DNA of 64,000 nt from positions 251,929 through 315,928 of the forward strand of contig CDRNVI010000071.1 of the NCBI GenBank assembly GCA_977017575.1. Direction: 5' to 3'. Both the position numbers and the translations under genes were made by a program. Below the pieces are notes generated by a model that did not search any database, was not told where the DNA came from, and saw only the letters and a program-made list of their open reading frames with translations. This DNA is from Paramoeba atlantica (Eukaryota > Protista > Discosea). Positions 20,203 to 31,678 of the stretch are shown here, piece by piece. Numbering within the stretch: the first letter of the stretch is position 1; each line of letters begins with the position of its first letter.

Positions 20203-23200
20203 TTAATAAACTAGAGTTCCTTGTTCCTCGGGAAAGCTATTAATCTTTAGCGAAGTAAGTTTAGCCCGTAGCATAACGAACCCATCAATCAGACTAAATA
20301 GCTTGGTATTCTCATGCAATGAAGAATGTTCCGTCGCATCAAAATGCTCTAGAAACGGCCATTCCTCTACTTGAGATTGACTGTTAGTAAGAATTTCAGG
20401 GTAGTCAAACACCAGAACTTTCCCCAGTGTACTTATCACATAAACGAATAGTGAATTCAGAGTATCGAATTCATCTATTGGAATCGTACGAATCAGGTTA
20501 ACTAGCTGTAGACATTGTTCAAGACGCGCCTTAGGAATGTGATTTTCATATTCCTCTTCGGCGGCATACATTTGTCTTAAAATGGAACACCATCGATCGA
20601 TTGGGAGAAGCAGGTGATACATCTCACCAAAATCTGAGCTACTCAAAATAGAAAATCGAGAATTGGACAGTTCATTGACTTCTGCACCAGTCATGGTTGA
20701 AAACTCTTCGAAAGAACCGTCCCCGAAAGGCTCTGAAATAGTTTGTTTTGTGAGTTCATGAAGAGGCAATGTATGATGCTCCTTCAAAAGGAATTCTACC
20801 TTTGATTCGGTAGTTTCCACCGTGAAGTCTAGATCTCCAACAAGCTTCAATAAAAATTCAGTTGCTTCGTCTCGATCAATGTTGTTTTCCGTGTATTCAG
20901 AAGTGATGTTGTTGTGTAAAATATCATTCTCATTCAAGCATTGTACCGCTGAGGATTCGCTGTATATGCCGCTATCCTTCGTCGCCCCACCCAAAAATTG
21001 GGCGAATCGCTCAAGTGCAAATTGCGCAAGGCGAAGCCATAATAATACGGGCAACAGGAAGAGTAGCCTTCCAATTCTTTCATCTTTGGGATTGTTGAAA
21101 GGTGTTTTCGTCAACTCATCCAAGCTCACTACTTGTGGCAATTGCCTCAACACGGACTCGACGTGACACACTAAAAATTCCTTTAGATTATCAAGAACGA
21201 CTTGTGGAGGAGAAGCCACCGCTGATGTAGAAAATTCTTCAATACTGCCGATACGGGTGAACGAAAGACCGTCATCTCCACTTTCTGTCGTCAGTTCAGG
21301 AATAGGTGAGTGTATCTCGTTATTGAAATCTGTGCCAACCATCGATCGATCATCTACCAAGTTCTCTGTGCGCTCAGTACCTACAGGATCCGTGTCGTCT
21401 TCACTGTCAGAAAGCTCTAGCGAGAGTGCGGAACACATTGTCTGTGCCAAGGGATCAAAATCTTCATTTCTGAATTTATGAGTTAAGTTCGTCGATCTTT
21501 CGTGGTTCGAATTCGCTTGATTTTTGTAGCAATGAAACCACTCATGAAGAGGACGAATCAGAGAAAGCAGCTCTGGATCAAGCGGATTATCAGTACTTTG
21601 GTTTCCTAAAGTACTTTTACTTATATTCGTGTTCGTATATGCAGAGGTTAAAGTGTCAAAGCATTGTGTGTTGAATGTAGAAGTTTTGTCCTTCTTACTT
21701 TCTTCGAAATGGCTGTCGCCCCACTGAGTCCCAACCGTAATTGCGGCTTTAGGTAATTGTTCTACATTTTGATTTCGGTCATATATAGTCAACAAATCTT
21801 CCTTTGTGTCTGTCTGAATTGAAACATCTTGACTATTGGTACACACCTGAAGTTGCATAGATGAGGTCTCAAAGCTCTTTTTGCAAAATGATGCCTTTAC
21901 CAGTTCGTATAACGTTTGAGCTGTTAGCGCTGCTTCGGAAGTTGAAAAAGAATCTGGTGGTAACGGGAGACACTGAAAGTTATCATGGTCACAATGATTA
22001 TCTTCGACAAAATTTTGAATTTCACTTTGTTTAGATCTGGAGTCAAGAAGGTCTCGCAATATTTGACTGTATTCATGAAGAATCAGCATATCCAGGAGAG
22101 CAACTTTATCCGCCGTCGAATTAGTGTTCTGTAGGAGTGTACTGTCTTTGTGCTTGGTAATAAGTTCTGTATTTGAAGACGATTGCCTTGACATTGGAAT
22201 AATTTTGGCTGTAGAATGTGTGCTGAGAAACAAATCTAGCTTGTCCTCGATCCGACTAAGGCACTCAACACAACCATCTTGCATGAGCGATATATCGCTA
22301 ACTGGTTTCACAGTGGATAAAGCTCCTTCATGATTCACAGATGCTGTGAAAGATTCATCAACGTCTATTACGCTCCTAGATACCGAAGTTTCATCACAAG
22401 ACCTTGTTTCAACTGTAGTCGATTCTATTTTAACAGGTGAATGACTTTTATCTTCAGTTTCCTTCGCACTATTTAGATCCAATTTGTGCATCAAAAGAAA
22501 CGTCTGAACGTTTTCACCATGTAAAAACGAATCAGTTACCTCGGAATTAGTCGTGCTATTCATCTCAACGATTTCATTCTCGCTTGCAAACAAAAGTTTA
22601 GAAAATTTAGAAGAATTTTGAGCTTCAATAACGGACGAATCAGGAAGAGGAATGAGTTGGATTGATTCAAAACTTGGTGGAGGAGGAATCAAGGCTCGAA
22701 GTGAAGATGACGCACTATGCCTTTGTTCAGCAACCTTTAAAGATGGTTGCACTACGCAAGCAAATGTCGTAGAATCTTGTTTTACTGAAGCGTGTGATGA
22801 CATACTATCAAGACCTGACAATGCCGTGGCTTCCTTGGAATGCTTTTCATTGACCGGTGCTGGATTAGGAGAATGGTCGGTAGAGTTGGTAGTTTTAGAG
22901 TCTTCATGTTCTTTCAAGGACGATGCACACTGCTCTTGCTGTGGTTTTTCGTGGTAAATATGATCTTTCAGAAAACTATGGCTGTCTACAGCTTCACCCG
23001 GAAGCGACATGATTTGAAAACGTGTCAAGTGCGCCGATGCTTGGCTTAGTCCAACGAGATGTAATGCGCAGTCCCCCACGGAGAGAACATCACGATATGG
23101 CTTCACAGTGGCAACTACTGTAGCATCAAATATTTCAGGACTATTCGTTACAAAAATAACGCATGAACCATTTGGGCACATCTGTCCGCTAGATAGTATT

Positions 23201-24291
23201 GAACGTTCCTTTGATCTTGATGTAATCGAAGGCGACAGTATAAGAAAAACACCTTGAGAATTCCCGCATATTTTTTCTGATCCGTACCCCGGCCAACGAT
23301 CAAGTAGCTCACCATGAGTGGCGTCCCAACAATAGGTTGTTTCCTGAGTGCTACTCCAAAACCGTCGAGTTTTTGCCTCGAAATACATAGCCACAGTACG
23401 AGGAGCATATCCAGGGGCGGAAATCACGCGACACAATTGTCCTTCGGCACCCCAGGCCATCAGACTTCCATCATGTCCTGCTGACCAGACTTGTTGTTCG
23501 GTAGAAACGTAATGCAGAAGTTCCGGTTCAAATCGAGTCTCAATTTTACGAAAGCATTTGCGAAATTTCGTATCCCAGAGACGAAGTGTGCGATCCCTTC
23601 CTCCAGTCCAAACGTGCAACGATCTCCCCTTTACATGCCCTTGACCACGAAAAGAATAATTAGCAGAGGTAATGGCTGAGACTGCAAAGCGATGAGCGTT
23701 GCACGACTCGATAAGTGCACAATTTTGTGCCCCCCAAACAGTAACGGACCCACTGCGCATTCCGCACCATATTTCAGATGAACGCTCTTTTCCCGTGTCT
23801 TCTGTGTATAGAGAAGTTCCCGTTGCATGTTCTTTGTAGCATACAATGCAAGCAACCAGAACGACATCCTTCAGACGAGGAAGAGCATTGTGATCAACCT
23901 TTGGTGCTGCGTGGTGTGGTAATTTCATAATTTCTTCTGTTTGATTTACGGAAAAGCATTGCAACTTACCATTCCGACCGGTTGCCCAGAAACAATTAAG
24001 GGAACTACAGAGGAGAGTAGTGACGTCTGACCCAGCGGAAATAGGACAAGAACAGATCTCGGAGACAGGAGTCACTGGTTCTTCTGTTGCACCTATACTA
24101 CGCAAAACTCTTTTATCCCCATGTTTCAGTTGTGCGTTGTCATTCAAGCCAACAAAAGTTTTTTTTGAGTGGGGTATGCCGTCAGTGAAAGAATTTTCGT
24201 CCTTGACTGTTGATTCATTCATCACACTATTAGGACCGAGTCCCCACCCACCACCAGTACATACACCATCAAGAGGAAGTGAAGGAATCAT
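20203..24291 (-). CDS. Large protein with an N-terminal WD40-like beta-propeller
   Basis: WD-type repeats (IWCGMRSGSVTVW, HRFAVSAI, VWTGGRDRTLRLWD, VWSAGHDGSLMAW). First ATG at 24291; the ORF is open to GTG 24336. Confidence 0.8.
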   Translation of the reverse strand: MIPSLPLDGVCTGGGWGLGPNSVMNESTVKDENSFTDGIPHSKKTFVGLNDNAQLKHGDKRVLRSIGATEEPVTPVSEICSCPISAGSDVTTLLCSSLNCFWATGRNGKLQCFSVNQTEEIMKLPHHAAPKVDHNALPRLKDVVLVACIVCYKEHATGTSLYTEDTGKERSSEIWCGMRSGSVTVWGAQNCALIESCNAHRFAVSAITSANYSFRGQGHVKGRSLHVWTGGRDRTLRLWDTKFRKCFRKIETRFEPELLHYVSTEQQVWSAGHDGSLMAWGAEGQLCRVISAPGYAPRTVAMYFEAKTRRFWSSTQETTYCWDATHGELLDRWPGYGSEKICGNSQGVFLILSPSITSRSKERSILSSGQMCPNGSCVIFVTNSPEIFDATVVATVKPYRDVLSVGDCALHLVGLSQASAHLTRFQIMSLPGEAVDSHSFLKDHIYHEKPQQEQCASSLKEHEDSKTTNSTDHSPNPAPVNEKHSKEATALSGLDSMSSHASVKQDSTTFACVVQPSLKVAEQRHSASSSLRALIPPPPSFESIQLIPLPDSSVIEAQNSSKFSKLLFASENEIVEMNSTTNSEVTDSFLHGENVQTFLLMHKLDLNSAKETEDKSHSPVKIESTTVETRSCDETSVSRSVIDVDESFTASVNHEGALSTVKPVSDISLMQDGCVECLSRIEDKLDLFLSTHSTAKIIPMSRQSSSNTELITKHKDSTLLQNTNSTADKVALLDMLILHEYSQILRDLLDSRSKQSEIQNFVEDNHCDHDNFQCLPLPPDSFSTSEAALTAQTLYELVKASFCKKSFETSSMQLQVCTNSQDVSIQTDTKEDLLTIYDRNQNVEQLPKAAITVGTQWGDSHFEESKKDKTSTFNTQCFDTLTSAYTNTNISKSTLGNQSTDNPLDPELLSLIRPLHEWFHCYKNQANSNHERSTNLTHKFRNEDFDPLAQTMCSALSLELSDSEDDTDPVGTERTENLVDDRSMVGTDFNNEIHSPIPELTTESGDDGLSFTRIGSIEEFSTSAVASPPQVVLDNLKEFLVCHVESVLRQLPQVVSLDELTKTPFNNPKDERIGRLLFLLPVLLWLRLAQFALERFAQFLGGATKDSGIYSESSAVQCLNENDILHNNITSEYTENNIDRDEATEFLLKLVGDLDFTVETTESKVEFLLKEHHTLPLHELTKQTISEPFGDGSFEEFSTMTGAEVNELSNSRFSILSSSDFGEMYHLLLPIDRWCSILRQMYAAEEEYENHIPKARLEQCLQLVNLIRTIPIDEFDTLNSLFVYVISTLGKVLVFDYPEILTNSQSQVEEWPFLEHFDATEHSSLHENTKLFSLIDGFVMLRAKLTSLKINSFPEEQGTLVY

Positions 24292-24675
24292 CGATGCAAG
24301 GCTTCGACGTGGTTCACAAGGAATAGAGAATTTCACGCAGACTCAAAAAGAGGTATTTCCGTCCGTTTATTGACATAAAACGTAGTTCCAAAATAATAAA
24401 GATTTATTTTCTGAGTTAAAAAATGATACTTACAAGAATACAATTAGCACCAATAAGGAACAGAAGCTTTACAAAACATAAAGTGTATTTGACTGCCGAA
24501 GACGATATCTTGACATTCTTTCGTAGTATGTATAAAAAAGTGATTCTATAAATCAGTAGAGCACAAATTTATCAGCCGAAGGTGTGCTCTGATGATTTCC
24601 TTAAAATCCTTCTTCAGTGCATCATAAGCTTCACATTACTACTCCCTTTCATGTCGCCATGGTAGCTGCTTCGTC

Positions 24676-24782
24676 AAAAAGAGGTGGCTGTTGGTAAACT
24701 GGGCTTCGTAAATTTCTTCCCACTAACGACGTCGCGTATGGCTCAGGCCCGCTCACGCGGACCCTCGCCATACCACCACCTC
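24676..24782 (-). ncRNA. Candidate small structured Pol III RNA, family unknown
   Basis: GAGGTGG...CCACCTC closing stem followed by T5. Inner hairpin gtatggc-gag-ggtccgc-GTGA-gcgggcc-tga-gccatac has a GNRA loop only on this strand. Confidence 0.5.
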
Positions 24783-24828
24783 CGGCTTTGCATATTGCTT
24801 CCCACTAAGGACGCCTTTTATGCAAAAT

Positions 24829-24901
24829 TACGGGCACCGGGTTCGAACCAGCGACCAACGCAAGTACTAATGTGTGGTATGTTCCACTGGACCAATCCGT
24901 C
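24829..24901 (-). pseudogene. Degenerate tRNA-like element (A/B boxes)
   Basis: A box TGGTCCAGTGG, B box GGTTCGAACCC, then TTTT; arms poorly paired. Confidence 0.6.
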
Positions 24902-24954
24902 CAGATATCGTGGAGCCATGCTTCTCGGCTCCTTCCTATGCAGCCATACGAATT

Positions 24955-25025
24955 TTTTTTTAGTGGGAATCGAACCCAACCACTTTAGATAGAGTCACTG
25001 GGCCTAACGACTAGGCTAATCACAC
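24955..25025 (-). pseudogene. Degenerate tRNA-like element (A/B boxes)
   Basis: A box TAGCCTAGTCG, B box GGTTCGATTCC; no acceptor stem, replaced by an A run. Confidence 0.55.
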
Positions 25026-25659
25026 CCCATGGCCAAAATGAAGGATTCCTAGCATGCCCTTTATCGACCATACCCCCTTTTTTTAAGAATTTCTCACCTG
25101 CCTCACCTCACCCTGCACACAATAGAAAAGAAAGAGGCAGAGTAAACTTTAGCCTCCCATTTAAGAAGCCACCTCGTTTTCCGTGAAAAGTGCGCTTAAA
25201 TGGAGGGGCTTAAATATTCAAAAGAAAGGGCAACCTCTATTTTTTTGTTGAAGAAACGTAAGAACTACCGAAAAAGAGTTTTTTTTGGTGCACATGAACC
25301 TTTGTAAATTCATAAAAACGAGAAAATTTCTCGCCGCCCGAACTTATAAAAAGTTATGAAAGTGGGAGTACTTCTAATTGCGGTGGTCGTATGTCTACAG
25401 CTCTACCCTCGATTACTGGAAAAAAGTGTAGTAAGCTGATTGCTATTCCGCAATACAATGGGAGTCTGAACTTCCAACCTTAATTTCGGTATCAAACCAA
25501 TTAATGCACACCAATTAATGCACACTTTTTGAAAAAAAAACAAGACCAAGAGGAATGTACATGTAATTACTCGGCGATATTCCCAAAGAGGCATTACCAA
25601 GTAATTGATTCTATGACCATGAAGAAAGCAATTTTTGAAACACAAATAAGATATATTTC

Positions 25660-26196
25660 TCATACTTCGATATTTGTTTTCTTTCCGGGAGTGATACGCA
25701 TCTTTAATGCAGGCTTTTTCTTTACCACGTCAGTCACTGCGGCGCGAATTGTCTCTTCTGCTAGCATGGAGCAGTGCAATTTCACGGGAGGCAGAGACAA
25801 CTCAGCGGCAATCTCCCTGTTCGTGATTGACAGGGCATCCTCAATTTTCATTCCAATAATTTTTTCTGTAGCCAGCGAGCTTGAGGCCATGGCGGAACCG
25901 CACCCAAATGTTTTAAATGTAGCATTAGTAATGGTCCCATCGTCATCTACCTTGACTTGCATTTGCATCAAATCCCCACATTCGGGGGCTCCGCATAGAC
26001 CTGTGCCCACGTCCGGTGAAGATTTGTCCATGTTGCCAACGTTGCGCGGGTGAGCATAGTGATCTATAACCTTTTCACTGTACTTCGTTCGTGTGGGGGT
26101 AATATACAGTCGACGATGTATGGCAGCGGACGCGGAAACAGAAAACCGAAACGAGCGCCTAGCGGCGAGAGAGAACTGCCCTACGCAACGTCTCAT
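25660..26196 (-). CDS. ISU1: Mitochondrial Fe-S cluster scaffold IscU/Isu1
   Basis: YSEKVIDHY..PRNVG, GAPECGD, FKTFGCGSAMASSS and LPPVKLHCSMLAE, with an Arg-rich presequence. Confidence 0.97.
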   Translation of the reverse strand: MRRCVGQFSLAARRSFRFSVSASAAIHRRLYITPTRTKYSEKVIDHYAHPRNVGNMDKSSPDVGTGLCGAPECGDLMQMQVKVDDDGTITNATFKTFGCGSAMASSSLATEKIIGMKIEDALSITNREIAAELSLPPVKLHCSMLAEETIRAAVTDVVKKKPALKMRITPGKKTNIEV

Positions 26197-26391
26197 AAAA
26201 ACTTAAATAAAGCAAATGATCTACGTGTATTATGGTTCAATAGAAAACGTTGTATTTACGACCTGTATATCCAGTACGTAATAACCAAAGAATTTCCAGA
26301 TTCCAAATGAGATACTCGTTCTCGACACAATCAACGCCTCAAGCAGGAGCCGAAAACTATACAATAACACAACACACGCAAGAAAGAACTA

Positions 26392-27444
26392 CTAAAACGG
26401 GCGGTGAAAACTGTACATCATACCCTGGCCCGTAAGCCACGTGTTTTTCATCCTTAAATCCTGGACGTGGGCGACGTAATCCCGGCTGTCGGCGTATCGT
26501 GGCATCAGTCCCTCTGTCACCCAATACCTCGGGGCCCTGTCAGAGGTGAGATCGGGTCGCTGACCGGAGCCCTGGCAGTCGATCGTGAGCCCTTCATCCA
26601 GCACCGACATCTCTGAGATAACCTCGTGGGTACGAAGGGCACGAAAAGAGTTGGGGGGAATTTGTGGCACCGCCACCCCGGCTGGGGGTGTGAGATTGTA
26701 AGGGGGAATAAAAGGCATCACCTTACCCGGAGGGGTAGGCGGCACGGCACGGGACACGGAGTCTGGGGCGCGAGAGGCGCTGTCTCGGTGTTCACGCCGG
26801 AGATTACGCATCGCACGCTCCACCTCACGACGGAACTCGTCCGCCTCGAATCCATAGACCCCGCGGGTGGGGGCACCGCGACGGAGCGCGGCGTGCATGT
26901 CCAGAATCACGTGGTGAGGTTCGCGACCCATAAACGCACGACGGAAGATATCCGCTGAGCGGCGGGTAGAGACCCGCGAGGGGCGGGGGGAAGAGGGAGT
27001 CTCGGCGCCGAATGAGACTCCTGGGGAGGTCCCCGTGGGACTCTGCTTGCGATAGTATACGTGAAAGGCCTTGTATACGTTATATCGGTGCCAGATTGAC
27101 TCCTCGCTGACGGTTGAGTCGTGTGACGGATCAGGTGTGGAGGCCGTAGTGGTCGGGGGAGGCGCGAAACGCTGTCGAGCCTTATTGTATCGCGACCTCT
27201 CCCGTGTATTTCGAAGACACTGATAGGCCTCTGTGACGGCACGAAAACAACGTTCCGAATCCTCTTTTTCTGATGGGGAGGCAAGGTCAGGGTGACTCTG
27301 AAGCGCAATGCGGCGGTAGGCCACTTTGATTTCCTCTCCAGTGGCCTCCGGTTTCACTCCAAGTCGGTCATAGTAGTCTGTCATGTTGTACAGAGCTAGA
27401 TGCGAGGCGTCAGCCGTGCGAAGACCTCGGGAAGCAAAAAGCAT
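26392..27444 (-). CDS. J-domain (DnaJ type III) protein, possibly mitochondrial
   Basis: DYYDRLGV..IKVAYRRIALQSHPD..F..VTEAYQCL. ATG at 27444 gives a presequence-like MLFASRGLRT; the track start is GTG 27471. Confidence 0.9.
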   Translation of the reverse strand: MLFASRGLRTADASHLALYNMTDYYDRLGVKPEATGEEIKVAYRRIALQSHPDLASPSEKEDSERCFRAVTEAYQCLRNTRERSRYNKARQRFAPPPTTTASTPDPSHDSTVSEESIWHRYNVYKAFHVYYRKQSPTGTSPGVSFGAETPSSPRPSRVSTRRSADIFRRAFMGREPHHVILDMHAALRRGAPTRGVYGFEADEFRREVERAMRNLRREHRDSASRAPDSVSRAVPPTPPGKVMPFIPPYNLTPPAGVAVPQIPPNSFRALRTHEVISEMSVLDEGLTIDCQGSGQRPDLTSDRAPRYWVTEGLMPRYADSRDYVAHVQDLRMKNTWLTGQGMMYSFHRPF

Positions 27445-27884
27445 ATAAAGGTAAGAAGAAGAATGAATCACCCTAAGCTCAGTTATTGTAATCTTCGCTC
27501 AAAAATTAACGAAGTAAAAATGAATAGAAATTTAACTACTGCGATATCAAGTAGTGCAGTAATTAATTTTTAAATACTACCCGTGTTGTCTTTATAGACG
27601 AAAAAATATTTGGTACAAAGGATACAAAAGAAAGAATACGAAGGCAACAAAGGAAAACGGCTCCGCGTCAAGAAGTACGTTGGACACCAAGATGCCAAGT
27701 TTGCCTTTTAGAGGGGTATATGAAGCTGAACACTCCTGTACAATGGCGTAAACTCCACTGTGAGAATCTCTTGAAGCCGTGAAAGCTCTAAGAAATGTCT
27801 TGTAAGCTTGTGTTGTCATTGAAAGTACCATAAAAATCGACGCCATCGAGAAAGTAACTCTCATTTACTCCCCAGTTGCCAAAT

Positions 27885-28643
27885 TTACATCATGCGGCCT
27901 CCAATACTCTTCCAATCTAATTCGAATGATGTCTTCTTTCCAAAAATCTTTTTGTACACCTTTCTTTTCGACACCCTCTTTTTTATTACTTTTTCAGTTG
28001 CACCTGCTCTTAAATCTGATTTTACCGACCTTAAGTTCCGACGAAATCTGGTGTTCTTTTTTCTCAGAAGAAACTTTTTTCTTGATTTTGAAACGATGTT
28101 AGGTATCTTGGAATTTTGGCATAATCGTATACATTTGGGCTTTCTCACTATTTTTCTTGGCCTTCCACTCTTTTTTGGTGATGTTGGAACGATGATAGGT
28201 GTCTCGGAATTTCGACTTGGTTGTCCATATTTAAGCTCTTTAAATATTTTTCTTGGTCTTCCCCTCTTCGCCTTTGGAAGTTCTGTTACGTACTGCTTTT
28301 TGAAGGACATCGATTTGTTTTCTGACCCTATTCTTTCGTGCACTTTCTTTCCTTCCTTTTTTTGGCGATTTTGGCGATCACATTTCACCGTTTTTTTCCC
28401 TAGTGGGGGAGCGTTATTTTCAGTACGAGTGGCAGATCTCTTGATTTTTCTTTGAATTCTAAACCCGTTGAACAGATGCTGGATGGACATGTGAGCACGT
28501 AGTGCTAGTGAGGAGTCTGGGCCTTGTTCCGCTAGCTGTGAAATTTGTTGCAGCATAGATTTTCCATGTTCCTTTTGTTGAAATTCCGGATGGTAGGTAC
28601 CTTTGGATACCAAGCGTAGTTGCATTACTGCTCGTCGTAACAT
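27885..28643 (-). CDS. Basic Lys/Arg-rich protein with two AT-hooks and a mitochondrial-type presequence
   Basis: MLRRAVMQLRL N-terminus; KRGRPRK and KSGRPRK sit in two repeats of about 32 aa. Confidence 0.7.
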   Translation of the reverse strand: MLRRAVMQLRLVSKGTYHPEFQQKEHGKSMLQQISQLAEQGPDSSLALRAHMSIQHLFNGFRIQRKIKRSATRTENNAPPLGKKTVKCDRQNRQKKEGKKVHERIGSENKSMSFKKQYVTELPKAKRGRPRKIFKELKYGQPSRNSETPIIVPTSPKKSGRPRKIVRKPKCIRLCQNSKIPNIVSKSRKKFLLRKKNTRFRRNLRSVKSDLRAGATEKVIKKRVSKRKVYKKIFGKKTSFELDWKSIGGRMM

Positions 28644-30391
28644 TAGCTTACAAGTACGCGTTCAAAAAAGAATCTTGTCAGCTAAACGTGTAGAACTACT
28701 ATTTGGAAATATTTTTTGGAACAAGAGGTCACAAGAAGAACACCTAATTTAGAACAAGAGTCATATTTTGCTGTAAAGCAGTGACAGATAACTAGGGGGC
28801 GTGTCATAACCGATATGTAAGGGGTGTAACTACAGTACAGGTGCGACATACAGTGGTCGTCACCAATCCGAGAGTCACGAAAATGAGAATGACCCTCAGA
28901 AAAATGACAAATTATCGTGTCAACGTTCAACTCAAAAAACGCCTTGAAAATGAGAATGGATCAAAGTGATGTTGTGCTAATCCGGGCCTCTAAAAAGAGG
29001 CATCTGCACAAAAATTCAGCTACGGCAGTGGTGGGGGTGATGACCTTGCCGGAGGGGAGACGTTCTTTTTTTGGGTTCTCTGGATCGAAATCTCAGCGTC
29101 TAGGCATTATGGTTTTTAAAAGAATTTGTTTTTAAAAGAATTTAGCATTTTTTTTGAGGCCATTGTCGACTACGACAGGGCCATAATAGGAAAAAGTAAT
29201 CAAAAATGAAGAGTTCCTTCACACAAAAGAAAGATAATAATGATCTTTCACCACAGTAATTTAATCACTGCAGTGACGTGAGGTTGGCGCAGAGATACAT
29301 GTACATGATGTATTCTACTTGTACATGATGTATGTCTCTCGGTGTGACGGCCGATATCATCGGCGCATAACCCGCATATGACGGATATCACACGGAGAGT
29401 GGAGTGCGAGGTGAGACGAGTCGCCCATCGGTCATGCTACATCACGTATAGCCATGGTTCATGTTGCAACACGGTAAAGCCGTGGATTCATGCCGTCAGA
29501 TGGTCTATTGTGGGACATGATGCATCATGAGGAGGTCCGTTACTGCCGCACTCGCCACATCATGTAGGGAGATAGGGGTGCAAGTTCGCATCCCCTATAC
29601 ACGCATACAACGTGTCCTCCCGCTGTAGCACGCCCAGTGGTCCTCAAGGGGGGGCACCATGGGGCACCCCATGGAGCTCCCGGGAGAAGAAAGCGCGAGA
29701 AGGAGAGAGCCTGGGAGGGGTGAAGAGTCCGAAGTGCGTTCCCTACTTTCACGACTAAGAGGGACAGAACAAGGATGAGACTGATTCGTTTTCTTGATGG
29801 AGATAAACGTTGCCTTCATGTTACATAAATGAAAATGGAATTCGCGTAAGATAGGGGAAAAAGAAAATTGAAAGTGGAACGCAAGTTTCAGGTAAGGGAA
29901 AGCTATCAGTAAAAACGCAAATTATGAAGCCTGTAGATGAAAATTTAAAGTAGAATTCGTAGCGAAATAGAATTCTTAGTTGCAAAAGATAACGTATTGA
30001 CGTTGTTGGAGCTTTAAGGAAAGTTATGTCAACCAATATACATTGTAATATAAAGGGAATATGTTCTTTAGAGGAATGTTCACAAATAAGTCAAGCAAAG
30101 TTTTGGTAGTGCTAGAAATGCATTGTGTAAGATAATTTTATTTCCATGTGTTGAGACCGTATGTTTTTCGGTATTGAGGATTGCAGCATGATGGTATCTA
30201 TTGGCGTAGTAAACTTATAACAAATATGCGCGCATGGGTTAATCGAACTCGACTATGATAATTTTGCAGCGTATTCTTCGAAATTTCGTAATTCACTCAT
30301 ATGTGATAACCAACCCTTTCGGTGACAATCTATTGATTTGTACGATGTAAAAAAACTATCTGCTTCATTCTATTCCTTGTTTCCTCCTGGA

Positions 30392-30958
30392 TTAGTAACC
30401 ACGTCCTCGTCCGCGACCGCCGCGACGCATGCCACGTCCCCCGCGCCCTCCTCGGCTTCCACGACTTCCGCTGCCCTCATATCCCGTCCACGGACCCTCT
30501 CGAGGAGGACCACGGGGTCGCGGGGGTCCAGAGGAACGGCGGGGGTCCTCCTCGTCCGGGACCACTAGCTCCGCAGGCAGAGGGGACTGATACCCCGGGT
30601 GGGTCTTCTTCAGCGGTTTCTTCGAGAGCTTGATGCTGATCACGGAGCGCTTACGTTCACGTCCCTGGGTATTCGCCCCTTCCTCGTCCTCACTAGCAGC
30701 ATCGTAGACGGTCTCGCTGGAGATGTCAGTAACTTGGTGGAGTCCCGCGACGCGACGCTTTACGATCTCGGAGACGTTGACAGCAATGTAGATGGCACGT
30801 CCCATGCCGCGGATGGTGACCTCATCGTAGACCGGGCCCTCCTCGCCGTCCACACCGGGGCCTCCTTCCAGCAGACGTCGGATGTATGTGATGTACGCCC
30901 GCAGGGGTCGGTGCACCGTCACGCGTACTTCATTCGGGGCAGAGTCGCGCTCAGACAT
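30392..30958 (-). CDS. Alba-domain RNA-binding protein with an RGG tail (ALBA3/Rpp25-like)
   Basis: EVTIRGMGRAIYIAVNVSEIVKRRVAGLHQ..SVISIKLSKKPL..HPGYQ.P with a C-terminal RGG tail. Confidence 0.92.
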   Translation of the reverse strand: MSERDSAPNEVRVTVHRPLRAYITYIRRLLEGGPGVDGEEGPVYDEVTIRGMGRAIYIAVNVSEIVKRRVAGLHQVTDISSETVYDAASEDEEGANTQGRERKRSVISIKLSKKPLKKTHPGYQSPLPAELVVPDEEDPRRSSGPPRPRGPPREGPWTGYEGSGSRGSRGGRGGRGMRRGGRGRGRGY

Positions 30959-31678
30959 AGTGAGATAGGAAGAGAGTAGTAATAGAAGAAGAGTGGAATA
31001 GGTTGATAGTTTTAAAATTAGGTGGCGAGCTCGTAGGTTACAGAAAAAAAGTAGAAAGCAAGAAAAAAGGTAGAAATTTGCAAGTTTTACAAAATCAATA
31101 TCACATGCGGGAGTAATACTCTCGTTCGTATACTCAGTATACGAATTACACGCAAGTGTCTAGTAAGTTAAGTTTCTTTTAGAGGTCAACGTTTAGAAAA
31201 AATTGAATACGAAGCAAGAATATAATAATTCTGAAGTAGCGTAGAATTATGTTCTGCGAAAAGATATAAAAATAAAAATGAAAGCGGAGCAAGTCTGGTG
31301 GAAAGATAAAAGCGGGTATACATTACATTATTTTTAAAAATTACTACTACTTGCGTACTTACTGCTTGTATGGTTGTGAAAATTAGTTTCTAATTTTAGC
31401 AACAATAAAGGAATTTTAGCATAAATAATAGAACAGCAATAAATTATATATATTTATAATTTATATCTAATATAGCTATTTTCATACATACATGTATGAC
31501 ATGCATAACAGCCAGGTTTACTACATTTGTATTTTAGTTCGGTTATGCAATAAGCCTTGGTTGTATGTGTTACATACAAAGAGTAGCATGTTCTTTAATA
31601 ATACAACAAATTGTGTGTACATACAACAAATTGAAGAGAAAAAAATATCAAAACTTAAGAAGGTTTGTAGCAAGAAAA

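Noticed and set aside
24812-24930. GCCTTTTAT (U5 loop-like) and CTTCTCGGCT (U2 5'-like) matches
   Set aside because: Only 9-10 nt each; no flanking U5 stem or Sm site, and no U2 branch-point region.
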